A stretch of DNA of 64,000 bases, from positions 15,937 to 79,936 of the forward strand of contig JAKMFW010000015.1 of the NCBI GenBank assembly GCA_022425325.1, written 5' to 3'. Source of the DNA: Acidimicrobiales bacterium (GTDB lineage Bacteria > Actinomycetota > Acidimicrobiia > Acidimicrobiales > Aldehydirespiratoraceae). How positions within the stretch are numbered: the stretch's first letter is position 1; each line of letters starts with the position of its first letter. The translations under genes and the position numbers were made by a program. The notes beneath the pieces were generated by a model. The model saw nothing but the letters and a program-made list of their open reading frames with translations, ran no database searches and was not told the DNA's origin. Positions 45,100 to 54,165 of the stretch are shown one piece after another.

Positions 45100-46250
45100 C
45101 GGTGCCCCGGCGCCATGTAGAACCAGACCGGGAAGGGTCCTTCGGCATCCTTGATCGCCTGGCGGGCGGCCATGACGACCTTTCCCGCCTCGGTGACCTC
45201 GTAGAACCAGGCCTCGGCGGCGCGGCCGGCGGGTGGCGGCCCGTCGACGAGTTCCATCGCTGCCTCCTCGTAGTACGAGCGGATGTCGTGCACGAGCGAG
45301 ATCGTGTTCTTGCCCGGAATGTCGGCGTCTTTCCACGGGGTGCCAGCGGCGATCGACTCGAGGGCGGCGATGGCTGCCTCGATGCCGTCGACGTCGACGG
45401 AGCGCCCGACTTGCGTGGCGCCCCGCTTGGCGAACGAGCGCTCCCAGGCCTTGCGGAGACCTCGGAGTTCTTGCACGGCAGCCGATGCCTCGGCGTCGAA
45501 GGCCGGTGGGATCTGACAACTCATCGGTGTCTCATCGGCCTCGATGACCTCGGGATGATGCTCGAGCACCGGGCCAGATTCGGCGTCGAGCAGGGCGAAC
45601 GCACGGGCGAGCACGTCGTGCTGGAACTCGGGATCCTGTGGCTTGCCGAGGGGACGACCGAGGGGGAAGTCACACCAGAGCGCTCGAGGCGGTTGGGTCC
45701 GCTCGACGACCGACAGGGTCGAGGCCAGCGTGACGGTGGCGATACCGGCCGCTTCGAAGACATGGGCGAGCACACTCACGGTGCGCGTGCAGAGCGGTCA
45801 AACGGGGGTGAGGAGCACGACGTCGACGCCGTCGGCCTTCAGGGCCGCTGCGGCGGCCGGGCCAGAATCCATGCGGATCGTGGCGACATCGTCAGGCTGG
45901 TTGCCGGCGAAGCTGACGTGTCGATCGGCAACCGAGCCGATCACACCCTGCTCGGCGAGCTCCTCGAGCCGGTCGATCGGGTAGACGACATTGAGGTCGA
46001 GGGTGAATCCCGTGCGGTCGAAATTCGGACTCCAGTGACCGAGCACGAGATCGCGTGCTTCGCGTGGGACGAACCGATAGCTCGTGTCGCCCTGGGAGAA
46101 GCGATCGTCGTCGGTCGTGTGGAGTGCCGCCGAGGTCACGATCGCGACCTTGGCCTGCGCCAGCGGCGTGGGGGTCACCCAGGCTGGATCTTCGAAGGTC
46201 GGCGTCGGGAAGTTGTCCCCGAGCGCCCGCATTGCAACATCACCGGACAT
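45096..46250 (-). CDS. PrdB/GrdB-family (selenoprotein-B-like reductase) protein, predicted selenoprotein with in-frame UGA at 45798-45800
   Basis: ORFs 45798..46283 and 45096..45779 are in the same frame, 18 nt apart, and separated only by TGA. The joined sequence is ...GVDVVLLTPV-U-PLCTRTVSVLAHVFEAAGIATV... (UxxC). ATG 46250 is preferred as the start (TATGCT box 6 nt upstream). Confidence 0.6.
45770..45800 (-). other. candidate selenocysteine codon plus SECIS-like hairpin
   Basis: The mRNA reads UGA CCG CUC UGC ACG CGC ACC GUG AGU GUG C. Positions +15 to +31 pair GCGCAC with GUGUGC (6 bp, one G-U) around the loop CGUGA, placing G-U at +22/+23. Confidence 0.4.
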
Positions 46251-46256
46251 GACCGC

Positions 46257-46285
46257 AGCATAATTTGGCAGTCTGACTGCCACAA
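46257..46285 (-). promoter_or_regulatory. candidate leaderless promoter (-35 TTGTGG, 17 nt, -10 TATGCT) with embedded perfect palindrome GGCAGTC-T-GACTGCC (46267-46281)
   Basis: Minus-strand reading of the 45-nt AT-richer gap between the echA-like stop and ATG 46250. The palindrome fills the promoter spacer, the classic repressor-operator position. A TetR gene lies in the operon. Confidence 0.4.
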
Positions 46286-46295
46286 GTCAGGTTGG

Positions 46296-47066
46296 TCACT
46301 CCACCTCGACCTGGTCTCGGCCCCGAGCCTCGATGTCGGCCCGCCGGTCGGCAAAAGCCGAGCGATCAAAGCCACCGCGCTCGATCCACGAGCGGTTGAC
46401 TTCGCGCTCGACGGTGAGCCCCTCGGCCGGTGTCACCGAGCCGGCCGCCCAATACAGCCGTTTCATCGCCGACACCGTGACCGCCTCGATGCCCGCCACA
46501 TCGGCGGCAAGCGCTTGCGCTCGACCGACAAGTTCGTCGTGAGGGACGATCTCGTTGAGCAGCCCCCACTCGAGCGCCTGGCGAGCGTCGACATAATTGC
46601 CGGTGAAGCTCATCTGACGGGCTCGCCGAACCCCGACGGCACGGGGCAGTTCGACTGACAATCCCCAACCCGGCAAGATCCCGACACGGGCGTGGGTGTC
46701 GGCGAACGCCGCCCGTTCCGAGCCGATCAGAAGGTCGCACGCCAGCGCGAGTTCGAGTCCGCCGGTGACCGCAGCGCCGTTGACCGCGCCGATGACCGGT
46801 GTGCCCATGTCGGCCGGGATCGGCGGCGCCGAGCCACCACCGCCGAGCGTGCCCTCGGCGAGATCGTGCAGGTCGAGCCCCGCACAGAACGCCGGGTCGG
46901 CACCCGTCAGCACGATGGCGGCGACGTCGGCGTTGGCATCGAGCGACGTCATCGCCTCTCGGAGGCCGCCGATCAACAAGGCGTTGAGGGCATTGCGGAC
47001 CTCGGGCCGGTTCAGCCAGACGGTGGCCACCGGACCCTCGATCTCCACGTGCAGGACATCATCCAT
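46296..47066 (-). CDS. enoyl-CoA hydratase/isomerase
   Basis: 256 aa. VWLNRPEVRNAL, FCAGLDL and GAVNGAAVTGGLELALACD (crotonase signature). Confidence 0.88.
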   Translation of the reverse strand: MDDVLHVEIEGPVATVWLNRPEVRNALNALLIGGLREAMTSLDANADVAAIVLTGADPAFCAGLDLHDLAEGTLGGGGSAPPIPADMGTPVIGAVNGAAVTGGLELALACDLLIGSERAAFADTHARVGILPGWGLSVELPRAVGVRRARQMSFTGNYVDARQALEWGLLNEIVPHDELVGRAQALAADVAGIEAVTVSAMKRLYWAAGSVTPAEGLTVEREVNRSWIERGGFDRSAFADRRADIEARGRDQVEVE

Positions 47067-47077
47067 GCGCCTCGGTC

Positions 47078-47083
47078 TAGCAT
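47078..47083 (+). promoter_or_regulatory. candidate -10 box TAGCAT, 6 nt before the acyl-CoA ligase ATG (leaderless)
   Basis: The divergent intergenic region is only 23 nt. TANNNT then 6 nt then ATG 47090. Confidence 0.35.
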
Positions 47084-47089
47084 CCCGGC

Positions 47090-48637
47090 ATGGAACACAA
47101 CATCGGCCAGTGGGTGGCCAAGCGCGCCCTCCTGAACCCCAACAGCGAAGCCATCGTCGACATCACCAGTGGTCGGCGCCAGACCTACGTCGAACTCGAC
47201 GCCCGATGCAACCAGGTCGGCAACGGCCTTGTCTCCGGCGGCCTCGCCCAGGGCGACCGGGTCGCCACCTTGTTGATGAACGGTCCGGAGTTCGTCGAGA
47301 CCTTCTTCGGCGCCGCAAAGATCGGCGGCGTGATCGTCGCACTCAACTGGCGTCTCGTCGCCGACGAATTGTCGTTCATCCTCAACGACTCCGGCGCGTC
47401 CACGCTCGTGTTCGGCACCGCCTTCAACGAGGTGGTGGCCGAACTCCAGTCACGCGGCACCGATGGCACCAAGGTCACCCGTTGGATCCACGTCGGCGAC
47501 GCCGCCGATCGCCCCGACTTCGCCGAAGGCTACGAGGACATGATCAGCGCCTCGTCCTCGGCGCCGATCGTCAGCACCGCCGGCGACGACGACCTTCTCT
47601 TCATCATGTACACCTCGGGCACCACCGGCCTGCCCAAGGGGGCGATGCACAGCCACAACACCTCCATGTGGGGCTGCCTGACCGCCAATGTCACTGCCGA
47701 TACCCGCTACGGCGACAACTATCTGATCTGCCTGCCGCTGTTCCACGTCGGTGCGCTCAACCCGATGCTGTCGATCATCAACCTTGGCGGCACGGCGACG
47801 ATCATGAGCGAGTTCGATCCCGTGAAGATCTGGGAGGTCTTCGGCGAGGAGAAAATCACCGTCACGCTCGCCGTGCCGGCGATGTTGCAGTTCATGCTGC
47901 TCACCTACGACAAGGACGCGCACGACACCTCGTCGCTTCGTTGGGTCATGTCGGGTGCGGCGCCGGTGCCCGTCAGCTTGATCGAGACCTATGCCGCGAT
48001 GGGTATCGAGATCCACCAGGTGTACGGCCTGACCGAGACGTGCGGCCCGGCCTGCCTGATCTCCCCCGACGACGCCCTCGACCGCGCCGGCTCCACCGGC
48101 AAGGAGTTCTTCTTCACCCGGGTTCGCGTGGTCAACGAAGCCGGCGATGACTGTGGACCGGACGAGCCCGGCGAAGTGCTGGTCAAGGGGCCGCACATCA
48201 TGGTCGGCTACCTCAACCGCGAGGACGCCACTGCCGAGTCGATCGTCGACGGATGGCTGCGCACGGGCGACGTCGCCGTGATGGACGCCGACGGTTTCGT
48301 CTACATCCAGGACCGCGTCAAGGACATGATCATCTCCGGCGGCGAGAACGTGTATCCGGCCGAGATCGAGAACGCGATCTTCGGCATGGAAGGCGTGAAC
48401 GAGGTCGCCGTCATCGGCATCCCGTCGGAGAAGTGGGGCGAATCGCCGCTGGCCGTCGTGGTCCGCGCCGACGACTCCGTTACCGAAGACGCCGTGCTTG
48501 AACACGTGTCCGGCAAACTCGCCCGTTTCAAGCAGCCCAAGAAGGTCGAGTTCGTCGACGTAATCCCCCGTAACCCCACGGGCAAGGTGCTCAAACGGGT
48601 GCTGCGCGATCAGTTCGCCGATGTCTCGGCCGAGTGA
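47090..48637 (+). CDS. acyl-CoA synthetase / AMP-dependent ligase (FadD-like)
   Basis: 515 aa. AMP-binding motif YTSGTTGLPKGAMHSH, plus YGLTE, GWLRTGD and PRNPTGKVLK. Confidence 0.9.
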   Translation: MEHNIGQWVAKRALLNPNSEAIVDITSGRRQTYVELDARCNQVGNGLVSGGLAQGDRVATLLMNGPEFVETFFGAAKIGGVIVALNWRLVADELSFILNDSGASTLVFGTAFNEVVAELQSRGTDGTKVTRWIHVGDAADRPDFAEGYEDMISASSSAPIVSTAGDDDLLFIMYTSGTTGLPKGAMHSHNTSMWGCLTANVTADTRYGDNYLICLPLFHVGALNPMLSIINLGGTATIMSEFDPVKIWEVFGEEKITVTLAVPAMLQFMLLTYDKDAHDTSSLRWVMSGAAPVPVSLIETYAAMGIEIHQVYGLTETCGPACLISPDDALDRAGSTGKEFFFTRVRVVNEAGDDCGPDEPGEVLVKGPHIMVGYLNREDATAESIVDGWLRTGDVAVMDADGFVYIQDRVKDMIISGGENVYPAEIENAIFGMEGVNEVAVIGIPSEKWGESPLAVVVRADDSVTEDAVLEHVSGKLARFKQPKKVEFVDVIPRNPTGKVLKRVLRDQFADVSAE

Positions 48638-48670
48638 CCGCTTCCGCCCGGTGACCATCACGGCGACGGC

Positions 48671-49765
48671 GTGAAGACCCTCGTCGTCGGAGGGACGGGA
48701 CCAACGGGGCCGGCCATCGTGGCCGGCCTCGCCGCGCGCGGCCATGACATCACGATCTGCCACACCGGCAGTCACGAGCTCCCCGAAGTCGACGGGTACC
48801 GCCACATCCACACCGATGTTCGCGACCACGACGCGCTCGCCTCGACGATCGGCTCCGAGGCGTGGGACGCCGCCATCGTCACCTACGGCCGCCTCCGCAC
48901 GATCGCCGAGGTGTTGCGCGGGCAGGTCGGGCACTTCGTGTCGGTCGGCGGTGGCCCCGCCTATCGCGGCTACTTCGACCCGTGGCGCCACTCACCACCC
49001 GGGCTGCCCGCACCGGTGGCCGAGGACGCGCCCACCTCGACCGAAGCCGACGACGGCAAGTCCTACCGCATCGCCGCCACCGAGCGGCAACTGTTCGAGC
49101 ATCAGCCCGAGGCGACCCACTTCCGCTACCCATGGGTCTACGGACCGCGGCAGCTCGCGCCTCGCGAGTGGTCGGTGGTGCGCCGCATCCTCGACGACCG
49201 GCCGCACATCGTGCTGCCCGACGGCGGCGCCATGCTCAACACCTTCGGCTTCACCGAAAATCTTGCGCACGCCCTGCTGCTCGCCGTCGACCAACCCGGG
49301 CAGGCCAAGGGCGAGATCTTCAACGCCGCAGATGACGAGTGCCTGACCATCCGGCAGGTGGTGGAGATCTGTGCCACCGAACTGGACCACGAGTGGGAGC
49401 TCATCTCGATGCCCGCCGATCTGGCCCGACCGGCATGGCCGTTGCTGGCCGGCCCAACCTCGCATCATCGGCTCTACGACACGTCGAAGCTGCGCACCCG
49501 ACTCGGCTACCACGACGTCGTTCCCGCCCGTGAGGCCGTCGCCCGAACAGCTCGCTGGCTTGCGGACAACCCGCCGGACCGCGGCGGTCAAACCGAGCAG
49601 ATCATCGAAGATCCCTTCGACTACGAGAACGAGGACCTCCTGATCGAATGGTGGCGCACGGCAGTCGCCCGGCCGCCTGAGCTCGCGTGGCGGTTCCCAC
49701 CCGGCTACGGCCTGGCCTATGCCGGCCCGGGGACGAGCTATCAGCGCCCCGACACGCGCATCTGA
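48671..49765 (+). CDS. NAD-dependent epimerase/dehydratase-family protein
   Basis: 364 aa. GTG start. Rossmann motif VVGGTGPTGPAIV. Atypical extended SDR. Confidence 0.75.
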   Translation: MKTLVVGGTGPTGPAIVAGLAARGHDITICHTGSHELPEVDGYRHIHTDVRDHDALASTIGSEAWDAAIVTYGRLRTIAEVLRGQVGHFVSVGGGPAYRGYFDPWRHSPPGLPAPVAEDAPTSTEADDGKSYRIAATERQLFEHQPEATHFRYPWVYGPRQLAPREWSVVRRILDDRPHIVLPDGGAMLNTFGFTENLAHALLLAVDQPGQAKGEIFNAADDECLTIRQVVEICATELDHEWELISMPADLARPAWPLLAGPTSHHRLYDTSKLRTRLGYHDVVPAREAVARTARWLADNPPDRGGQTEQIIEDPFDYENEDLLIEWWRTAVARPPELAWRFPPGYGLAYAGPGTSYQRPDTRI

Positions 49766-49784
49766 CCTGCGCCGCCGCGAGCGA

Positions 49785-50675
49785 TCAGTCGACTCGGCTG
49801 CTCAGGAAGGCCCCGGTGAGCACGATGATCGTGCCGGCGATCGCCCAAGCGCTCACGGTCTCGTCTCGGAACACCACGCCGAGCACGATCGACACGAGTG
49901 GGATCACATAGGTCACGATCGACATCCGCACGGCGCCGACTCGGCCCGTGAGCCACCCGGCGAAGGCGTAGGCGATGCCCGTACCGCCGATCCCCACTGC
50001 CGCACATGCGGCGAGCGAACCCCACGAGAACGATGACTGCGCGCCGTCGACCACACCGAACGGCACGCAGATGAGCGTGGCGATGCCGAGGGCCCGGCTG
50101 ATTACCGGCAGGCTGCCGTACGCGCGTTGGAGTGGGCCGGCGAGGTTGACGGCAACGCCGTAGGACGAGACAGCGATCAGGACGAGCACCACACCAGCAG
50201 CATTGGTGCCGGCGACCTGGGCTTCGGGCAACGAGATGACGAGGATGCCGACGAGTCCGACGAGCACACCGAACAGTCGGCGCGGGCCGGTTTGCGTGCC
50301 GAACGCAAGCCACGCGATCAGCACGGTCATCAGCGGCATACCGCTGTTGAGCATCCCGGCGACCGACGAGTCGATCCACTGCTGCGCGATGGGGAACATG
50401 GTGAGCGGGAACGCCATCCACGTGACACCGAGCAGCGCAATCCTCGGCATCGCCGCGCGGGGCACCGGCTGGCGGGCCGCAGGAACAAAGAGCAACGTCA
50501 GCGCACCAAACCCGACTCGGAGCAAGGTGACGAGCCCCGGTTCGAAGGACTCGAGTCCGATTGCCATGAAGAGGAACGAGCCGCCCCAGATCAGCGAGAG
50601 CGACAACAGCACCGACCACTCGGTCGGGGCCATCGGCCGATCTTCGGCTGCGGGCTCGATCTCGGGCGCCGTCAC
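49785..50675 (-). CDS. DMT-superfamily (EamA-like) transporter
   Basis: 296 aa with about 10 hydrophobic helices in two EamA-like halves. GTG start. ATG 50633 is an alternative start. Confidence 0.8.
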   Translation of the reverse strand: MTAPEIEPAAEDRPMAPTEWSVLLSLSLIWGGSFLFMAIGLESFEPGLVTLLRVGFGALTLLFVPAARQPVPRAAMPRIALLGVTWMAFPLTMFPIAQQWIDSSVAGMLNSGMPLMTVLIAWLAFGTQTGPRRLFGVLVGLVGILVISLPEAQVAGTNAAGVVLVLIAVSSYGVAVNLAGPLQRAYGSLPVISRALGIATLICVPFGVVDGAQSSFSWGSLAACAAVGIGGTGIAYAFAGWLTGRVGAVRMSIVTYVIPLVSIVLGVVFRDETVSAWAIAGTIIVLTGAFLSSRVD

Positions 50676-50761
50676 GAGTGCGACGCTACCGGCGCTTGGT
50701 CGCGACCCCCTCGGCGTCTTCGGACGCGAGCGGTTCGCGCCGGAGCGCTAGCGTGCGGCCG

Positions 50762-51910
50762 ATGCCGATCAGCCGCTTCGTCCCGATCTCGCTGTTCGTG
50801 CAGGCCGCATCCGTCGGCATGGTCTTCGCCCTCCTTCACGAGGTCCAGGACGAGAACAATCTCTCGACCACCAGCATCGGCCTAATCAGTTCCGCCGGCC
50901 TCTTGGCCGCCGTGTTCGGCCAGGTTGGCCTGGCACCGCTCGCCGATCGCGGCAAGGGCCGCGAACTGATGGTCGGCGCCATGGTGGTCGGTTCACTCGG
51001 TGCCGTCGGCTTTGCGCTCGGCGATGACGTCTGGCAGTTGGTGGCCGCCCGAGCGATCAGCGGTGCTGCGCTCGGCGCGTTCGACCCGGCAGCACAGGCC
51101 TTGGTCACGACCCGAAATCCGGATCGCGCCGGCGAACTGCTCGGCAAGCTGATCGGGGTGCGCACCGCTGGCTTCCTGATCGGACCCGGGCTCGGTGTGG
51201 TTGTCGCCGAGTTCGGCAACAACGACACGCCGTTCTTCGTGACCGGTGTGCTGTTGCTGGCGCTCGCGCCTGGCTTGGCCCGCATCGCCCCGACGGCGGC
51301 CATGCCGGTGCCGCCGAGCGGTCCCACGAGCCGAACCACCATGTTCCGCCGCCGGTCCACCCTCGCTGCGATCGTCCTCACCGCCGCCCTCGTGATGCCG
51401 GTCGGGTTGTACGACGCCATCTGGGCGATCCTGATGGACGACCGGGGCGCTTCCACCCTCTTCACCGGCCTCACGCTCAGCTTGTACGGCGTGCCGTTCA
51501 TCTTGCTGGCGCCATTCGGGGGCAGGCTGGCCGATCGGCACGGGCCGCTGCGCACCTTGCCGCTCGCAATCCTCGGCGTCATCGGCGTGACCGTGCTCTA
51601 TGGCGCGCTCGAGACGCCAGGGATCCTGATGTCCTTTGCGATGGTCGAGGCGACGTTCAACGCGGTCGCCTTGCCGGCGACCCAAGCAGCGATGGCCCGA
51701 GCGACTGAGGAGCACGAGCGAGCCCTCGGTTTCGGTGTCGCTGCGGCTGCGGGTCAGGTCAGCGCTGGCATCGCCGCGCTGGTCGCGGCACCGGTCTACG
51801 CCGCCCAGGGCCAGTTCTTCGTCTTCGCCCTGCTGGCGGCCGCCGTCGCTGTCGTCGCGGCAGGCGGGTATGTCCTGCTGCGGAGCGCCTCGACGACAAC
51901 CCCCCATTAG
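50762..51910 (+). CDS. MFS transporter
   Basis: ORF 50678..51910. ATG 50762 (MPISRFVPISLFVQAA...). About 12 helices. PLADRGKGRE is the MFS loop 2-3 motif. TAGCGT box 7 nt before the ATG. Confidence 0.8.
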   Translation: MPISRFVPISLFVQAASVGMVFALLHEVQDENNLSTTSIGLISSAGLLAAVFGQVGLAPLADRGKGRELMVGAMVVGSLGAVGFALGDDVWQLVAARAISGAALGAFDPAAQALVTTRNPDRAGELLGKLIGVRTAGFLIGPGLGVVVAEFGNNDTPFFVTGVLLLALAPGLARIAPTAAMPVPPSGPTSRTTMFRRRSTLAAIVLTAALVMPVGLYDAIWAILMDDRGASTLFTGLTLSLYGVPFILLAPFGGRLADRHGPLRTLPLAILGVIGVTVLYGALETPGILMSFAMVEATFNAVALPATQAAMARATEEHERALGFGVAAAAGQVSAGIAALVAAPVYAAQGQFFVFALLAAAVAVVAAGGYVLLRSASTTTPH

Positions 51911-51942
51911 AGCTGACGAAGGGCACGCTCGCGATTCGACCC

Positions 51943-52572
51943 TCAACCCCTGTGGGTCGGGCGTACCAGCGCGGCCCGTTCGGCCTCGCACGCCTCACGG
52001 CAGTCGCACCCCGGCACGTGATCGTTCACCAACCCCATCGCCTGCATGAAGGCGTAGACGGTGGTCGGCCCAACGAAGGTCCAGCCACGCTTCTTCAGGT
52101 CCTTGGCGAGCGCCGTCGACGTGGGCGTGGTTGCGGGAACCGTGAACTGCCCACCAACGTCGCCTTCTCGCTCGCTCGGTTCCCAGCTCCAGACATAGCG
52201 AGCCAGTGACCCTTCGGCCTCGACCAACGCAACCGCGCGCTTTGCGTTGTTGATCGTCGACCGGATCTTCCCCGGGTGGCGCACGATGCCAGCGTCATCG
52301 AGGAGACGGGCGACATCGTCATCGTCGTAGTTCGCCACGACACGGAAGTCGAAGCCGTCGAAGGCGGCCCGAAAGTTCTCTCGCTTGCGCAGGATCGTGA
52401 TCCAGGCGAGGCCGGACTGGAAACCCTCGAGGCAGAGCTTCTCGAAGAGCCGCACATCATCGACCACCGGCCGACCCCACTCGTGGTCGTGATACTCGTT
52501 GTAGTCGGAAGCCGTGCCGGCCCAGCCGCAGCGAACGACACCGTCGTCGCCCGTGACCGGATCGCTGATCAC
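51943..52572 (-). CDS. tag: DNA-3-methyladenine glycosylase I
   Basis: ORF 51943..52803. GTG 52572 overlaps the upstream TGA. YHDHEWGRP, LFEKLCLEGFQSGLAWITILRKRENF and the Zn-site residues H...C.C at the C-terminus. Confidence 0.88.
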   Translation of the reverse strand: MISDPVTGDDGVVRCGWAGTASDYNEYHDHEWGRPVVDDVRLFEKLCLEGFQSGLAWITILRKRENFRAAFDGFDFRVVANYDDDDVARLLDDAGIVRHPGKIRSTINNAKRAVALVEAEGSLARYVWSWEPSEREGDVGGQFTVPATTPTSTALAKDLKKRGWTFVGPTTVYAFMQAMGLVNDHVPGCDCREACEAERAALVRPTHRG

Positions 52573-52964
52573 AGCATCACGCCGAGCACCAGAGCGCCGA
52601 GCGCCGACACCAACCCCAGCCCCCCGGTGGCGCCGCGCAGCGCAGGCGATGACGTCTGCTGATGGACGAACGCGGCCACGCCGGAACCGACGACAAGCAA
52701 GAGCTTGACCCCGAGCGTGACGTTGTACTCGAACGACTGCCCGCTCGGCAGCGTCAGGATGCTCCAGATGCCGGTGACGACGGCAAGGCCGAAGGCCGGC
52801 CACGCCACCTGACCGAAGCGCCGTGCCACGAGGCGGGGCGCGTCGGCTCCGACCTCGCGTAGGACCGGCACCGCAGCAGCGACCACGAGCTGGCCGCCGA
52901 TCCAGATGCAGATGGCGAGGATGTGAAGCGAGAGACGGACAGTGTCGAGGGTGAACGGCAGCAT
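52569..52964 (-). CDS. hypothetical integral membrane protein (4 helices)
   Basis: ORF 52569..53138. ATG 52964 (MLPFTLDTVRLSLHILAICIWIGGQLV). No family recognised with confidence. Confidence 0.55.
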   Translation of the reverse strand: MLPFTLDTVRLSLHILAICIWIGGQLVVAAAVPVLREVGADAPRLVARRFGQVAWPAFGLAVVTGIWSILTLPSGQSFEYNVTLGVKLLLVVGSGVAAFVHQQTSSPALRGATGGLGLVSALGALVLGVML

Positions 52965-52983
52965 CGCCGCAGACCCTACGAGA

Positions 52984-54165
52984 TCAGACCGCCCGAGCGG
53001 CCAGGGCGAGCCCGTTGGTTCGCATGATCTGTTCGACCTCGGCGGAGTCGAAGCCGCCGAGGTCGGCGACGAAGTCGACCGGGTTGCGAAGACCTTCGGC
53101 ATGCGGCCAGTCCGAGCCGAACAACATGTGGTCGGCACCGACCTTGGCCTTGAGATCGTGAAGGTCGTCCTCGTAGTAGGGCGACACCCACACCTGACGG
53201 GCGAAGACCTCGATCGGATCCTCGGCGAAGGCGTGACGCTGCATCTTGTACGTCTTCTCGAACTTCTTCAGCAGCGGTTGCACCCACTCCGAACCGGTCT
53301 CGATGGTGCAGACCCGCAGGTTGCGATGCTCGCTGAGCACGCCTTCAGCGATGAGCGATGCCAGCGCATCGCTGATCGGCGAGTGGGTCAGCAGGGTCTT
53401 GAAGGCGTTTTGGCGGAAGGCCTCGAACTCGGCGTTGACGCCCCAGTAGTCGGCGAGGAACGAGTAGCCGGCGTCGCCGCTGTGCATCGCGAGCGTGATG
53501 CCGTGGTCGTTCATCTTCTTCCAGAACGGCGCAAACATCGGATCGCCGAGCGAGCGACGCCGTCCGTCTCGACCGAGCACCGACGAGGGCCGCATGTTCA
53601 CAACGCGCACGTCGCGTTCGATCATCCAGTCGAGCTGGTCGAGCGCATGGTCGGGATCGGCGAGCGTGATGTAGCCGGCCGTGATGATCCGGTTCTGGTA
53701 GGCGAAGCCCCAATCTTCGTCGAGCCACTTGTTGAAGCCGTCGAAGGCGGCGAGGGTCGCCTCGACGTCGCGCTCGAGCGCCGATTCCATGCCGACGCCG
53801 AGCGTCGGGAACATGAAGCAGGCCTCAAGCCCCTGCTGATCCATCACGGCGATTCGAGCGTCGCGGTCGCGGTACTCATCGGGGATCGGGACGAGTTCAC
53901 CGAACGCCTCACGCATGTCGGACTTGGCGACCTTGCCGCGGAAGTAGTCGTCGAGGCAGCCCGGGCGGGCCACGGGATTAAAGGTCGGGTTGGGGATGAA
54001 GCGGTTGACCTTGCCGCCGACCAGGAGTCGTTGGCGCCCGTCGATCTGCGCCCATTGCATGCATCGCTTGTGCATCTTGGGATCGACGTGGCGGGTGAAC
54101 GCGTCTTCGGCCTCGTAGTAGTGGTTGTCGGCGTCGAACGCTGCGTAGGGAAGCATCGAACTCAT
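52984..54165 (-). CDS. amidohydrolase-2 family metal-dependent hydrolase
   Basis: 393 aa. N-terminal FDADNHYYE and C-terminal LFGSDWPHAEG. Paralogous in style to 34746..35927. Confidence 0.8.
   Translation of the reverse strand: MSSMLPYAAFDADNHYYEAEDAFTRHVDPKMHKRCMQWAQIDGRQRLLVGGKVNRFIPNPTFNPVARPGCLDDYFRGKVAKSDMREAFGELVPIPDEYRDRDARIAVMDQQGLEACFMFPTLGVGMESALERDVEATLAAFDGFNKWLDEDWGFAYQNRIITAGYITLADPDHALDQLDWMIERDVRVVNMRPSSVLGRDGRRRSLGDPMFAPFWKKMNDHGITLAMHSGDAGYSFLADYWGVNAEFEAFRQNAFKTLLTHSPISDALASLIAEGVLSEHRNLRVCTIETGSEWVQPLLKKFEKTYKMQRHAFAEDPIEVFARQVWVSPYYEDDLHDLKAKVGADHMLFGSDWPHAEGLRNPVDFVADLGGFDSAEVEQIMRTNGLALAARAV

Noticed and set aside
45777-45800. The alternative reading of the TGA at 45798-45800 as a true stop. 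That would mean two separate genes, or a pseudogene created by a TGC-to-TGA mutation.
   Set aside because: This is not fully excluded, but I judge it less likely for four reasons. Both halves are intact and in the same frame. The downstream half has no Shine-Dalgarno sequence or promoter. The stop sits exactly where a UxxC redox motif is completed. A hairpin with SECIS-like spacing follows.
46281-46283. GTG 46283 as the start of the PrdB-like gene, as given in the ORF track.
   Set aside because: It lies inside the palindrome and -35 region of the candidate promoter. ATG 46250 has the TANNNT-6-nt geometry and gives an N-terminus (MSGDVAMRAL...FPTPTF) that fits the family better.
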